Positions 63,616 through 64,000 of a DNA stretch of 64,000 bases are shown piece after piece. The notes beneath the pieces are model-generated. The model worked only from the letters and a program-made list of their open reading frames with translations. It had not been told where the DNA came from and searched no databases. The position numbers and the translations under genes are program-made. Numbering within the stretch: position 1 is the first letter of the stretch; every line of letters begins with the position of its first letter. The DNA comes from Eledone cirrhosa (Eukaryota): contig OZ024743.1 in NCBI GenBank assembly GCA_964016885.1, positions 71,176,001 to 71,240,000 of the forward strand, read 5' to 3'.

Positions 63616-64000
63616 AGTAATATTGGTTCTAAACAAGTGGCAATTATGAGGAAAGAAAATATTGAATGTAAAATTTGTGTATTGTGGATATTGAAGAGTT
63701 GATAATTCTTTTAATCTCAAATATACATAATTTAAAGTGTTTTAGTTTTTATCAATTAATATTCGGCTTATAAATTCGATCCTTTTATATCTATTTTCAG
63801 TTTCTCTGATCTGGATGGATCGCATGTAAATCATAAATATATTTTCACACCTCAAAAGAAGCAATAAGCATGTCAACAACCACAACAACAACAGTAATAG
63901 CGTTAAAGTAATAATGTTAATGGACGAATATTTCAGAAGAATTTACGAAAAAATCCCCAGGACATCAATGTTAACAGAACCATAACTATCCTCTGCTCCT

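Overview
AT-rich, repeat-saturated eukaryotic (animal) DNA. The SINE families, microsatellite load and LINE complement resemble an octopod cephalopod genome (inference). No host gene is confidently identifiable; one 171-aa orphan ORF (6238-6753) is the best candidate. Almost all ORFs in the track are microsatellite translations. Recognisable elements: (1) two Penelope-like elements (PLEs) with CxCx5C plus GIY-YIG (Naiad-type), one very young with ~945-bp inverted pseudo-LTRs; (2) a Neptune-type PLE remnant; (3) CRE, R4/Dong, RTE and Tx1 LINE pieces; (4) a complete 2.8-kb non-coding LTR element with TG...TA ends, a 4-bp TSD and a PBS; (5) Helentron-like non-autonomous elements, hAT and Tigger MITEs; (6) many tRNA-derived SINEs; (7) several minisatellites. 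The most striking signal is a swarm of more than 10 minimal type I hammerhead ribozyme motifs in PLE pLTR remnants of several families, usually arranged as fold-back palindromes in (TA)n. These include covarying stems, a compensatory U3-A8 core variant, and three inversion junctions at or next to the predicted self-cleavage site. All calls were made by eye and boundaries are approximate unless TSD or TIR evidence is given.
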